From Epiperipatus broadwayi (lineage: Eukaryota; Animalia; Onychophora), in assembly GCA_028023455.1 (NCBI GenBank), contig JAQFVV010000005.1, positions 16,244,001-16,308,000 on the forward strand: DNA of 64,000 nt, in the 5' to 3' direction. Shown here piece by piece: positions 63,288-64,000 of the stretch. The notes beneath the pieces are model-generated. The model was not told where the DNA came from, did not search any database, and saw nothing but the letters and a program-made list of their open reading frames with translations. Both the position numbers and the translations under genes were made by a program. Every line of letters begins with the position of its first letter. Position 1 is the first letter of the stretch.

Positions 63288-63396
63288 GTCTTGCATTGGT
63301 GGTCGAGATGTCAGCACGACTGCCTTGCATTTGCAGGCAGTTGCCTGGGTTGCAGGTTTGCGTCCTGGCCGATGCTATGACACTTTAAAAAAAAAA
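63288..63396 (+). mobile_element. tRNA-Gly-derived short SINE (family 1)
   Basis: GTCTTGCATTGGTGG...CCTGGCCGATGCTATGAC plus A tail; 11-bp TSD ATCCTAGCCAA (63276-63286 / 63397-63407). Confidence 0.88.
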
Positions 63397-64000
63397 ATCC
63401 TAGCCAAAAGGTGAATGAAATTACAATTAGCATAAACTGAAGGTTTTAAAATATATAATTACATATTTATGGTTAGAACATATAACTATACAAACAAGTT
63501 ATCTTGGCGTCAAAAGTTTGAACATTAACTTATGAGCCTATAAAGGAGTTAAGTATTGCAAAGCTAGATGTGTAAGTGCATTGGTTCTAGCTTTGAATCC
63601 TAAATCCTCACTGGAAATTTGAATATGTATTGTAGCATCACATTAATTTTAAAAAAATATTCAAAGATTTATATTATCCAAACAAAATTTCAAATAAGAT
63701 CTTTATTCTTTTACAATTAATAAATTACTTAGCATGACATTTAAAAAAAAAAAAAGTCTAAAAAATATATATATCAAATTTATTCAGTGCAAACAGATAA
63801 CATTGTAATAACGTGAAAGCGAAAACCTTCAACAGATACGCTGCCATTATTGCATCTGATTGGCTGTCACATAAGCATGTTTAAAGCGTATCTGTTGAAG
63901 GTTTTATATTTATATATAGTAAAATTAGTGTTTATTAACATTTTTAGCAAAAATCTGGATTTATAATAAGGGAGTAAATGATCTATTTTTTGAATTTGAA

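Overview
Very AT-rich eukaryotic DNA, probably from an invertebrate animal; the species cannot be determined from the sequence. The window is mostly intronic and 5' sequence of one minus-strand gene of the rabphilin/Noc2 family. Five coding exons were found by hand, all missed by the ORF track: two tandem, near-duplicate ATG exons (47587-47660 and 47451-47524) only 33 nt apart, then 29629-29772, 23754-23883 and 9490-9576. They splice in frame with GT-AG boundaries into the Rab-binding helix and FYVE-like Zn finger; the rest of the gene appears to lie left of the window. The introns are packed with retroelements. These include 8 copies of a ~100-bp tRNA-Gly-derived SINE, RTE LINEs, mariner- and Tigger-type DNA elements, and two Penelope-like (PLE) remnants, one with RT + GIY-YIG and one with GIY-YIG only. 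The main finding is at least 3-4 families of short non-coding elements carrying type I hammerhead ribozyme (HHR) motifs. They are repeatedly inserted as head-to-head foldbacks flanked by 12-17 bp target-site duplications (TSDs), the same architecture as the PLE remnants. This suggests a PLE-driven, retrozyme-like system that integrates by twin priming on multimeric or circular RNA. All alignments and folds were done by eye; no database search or folding software was run.
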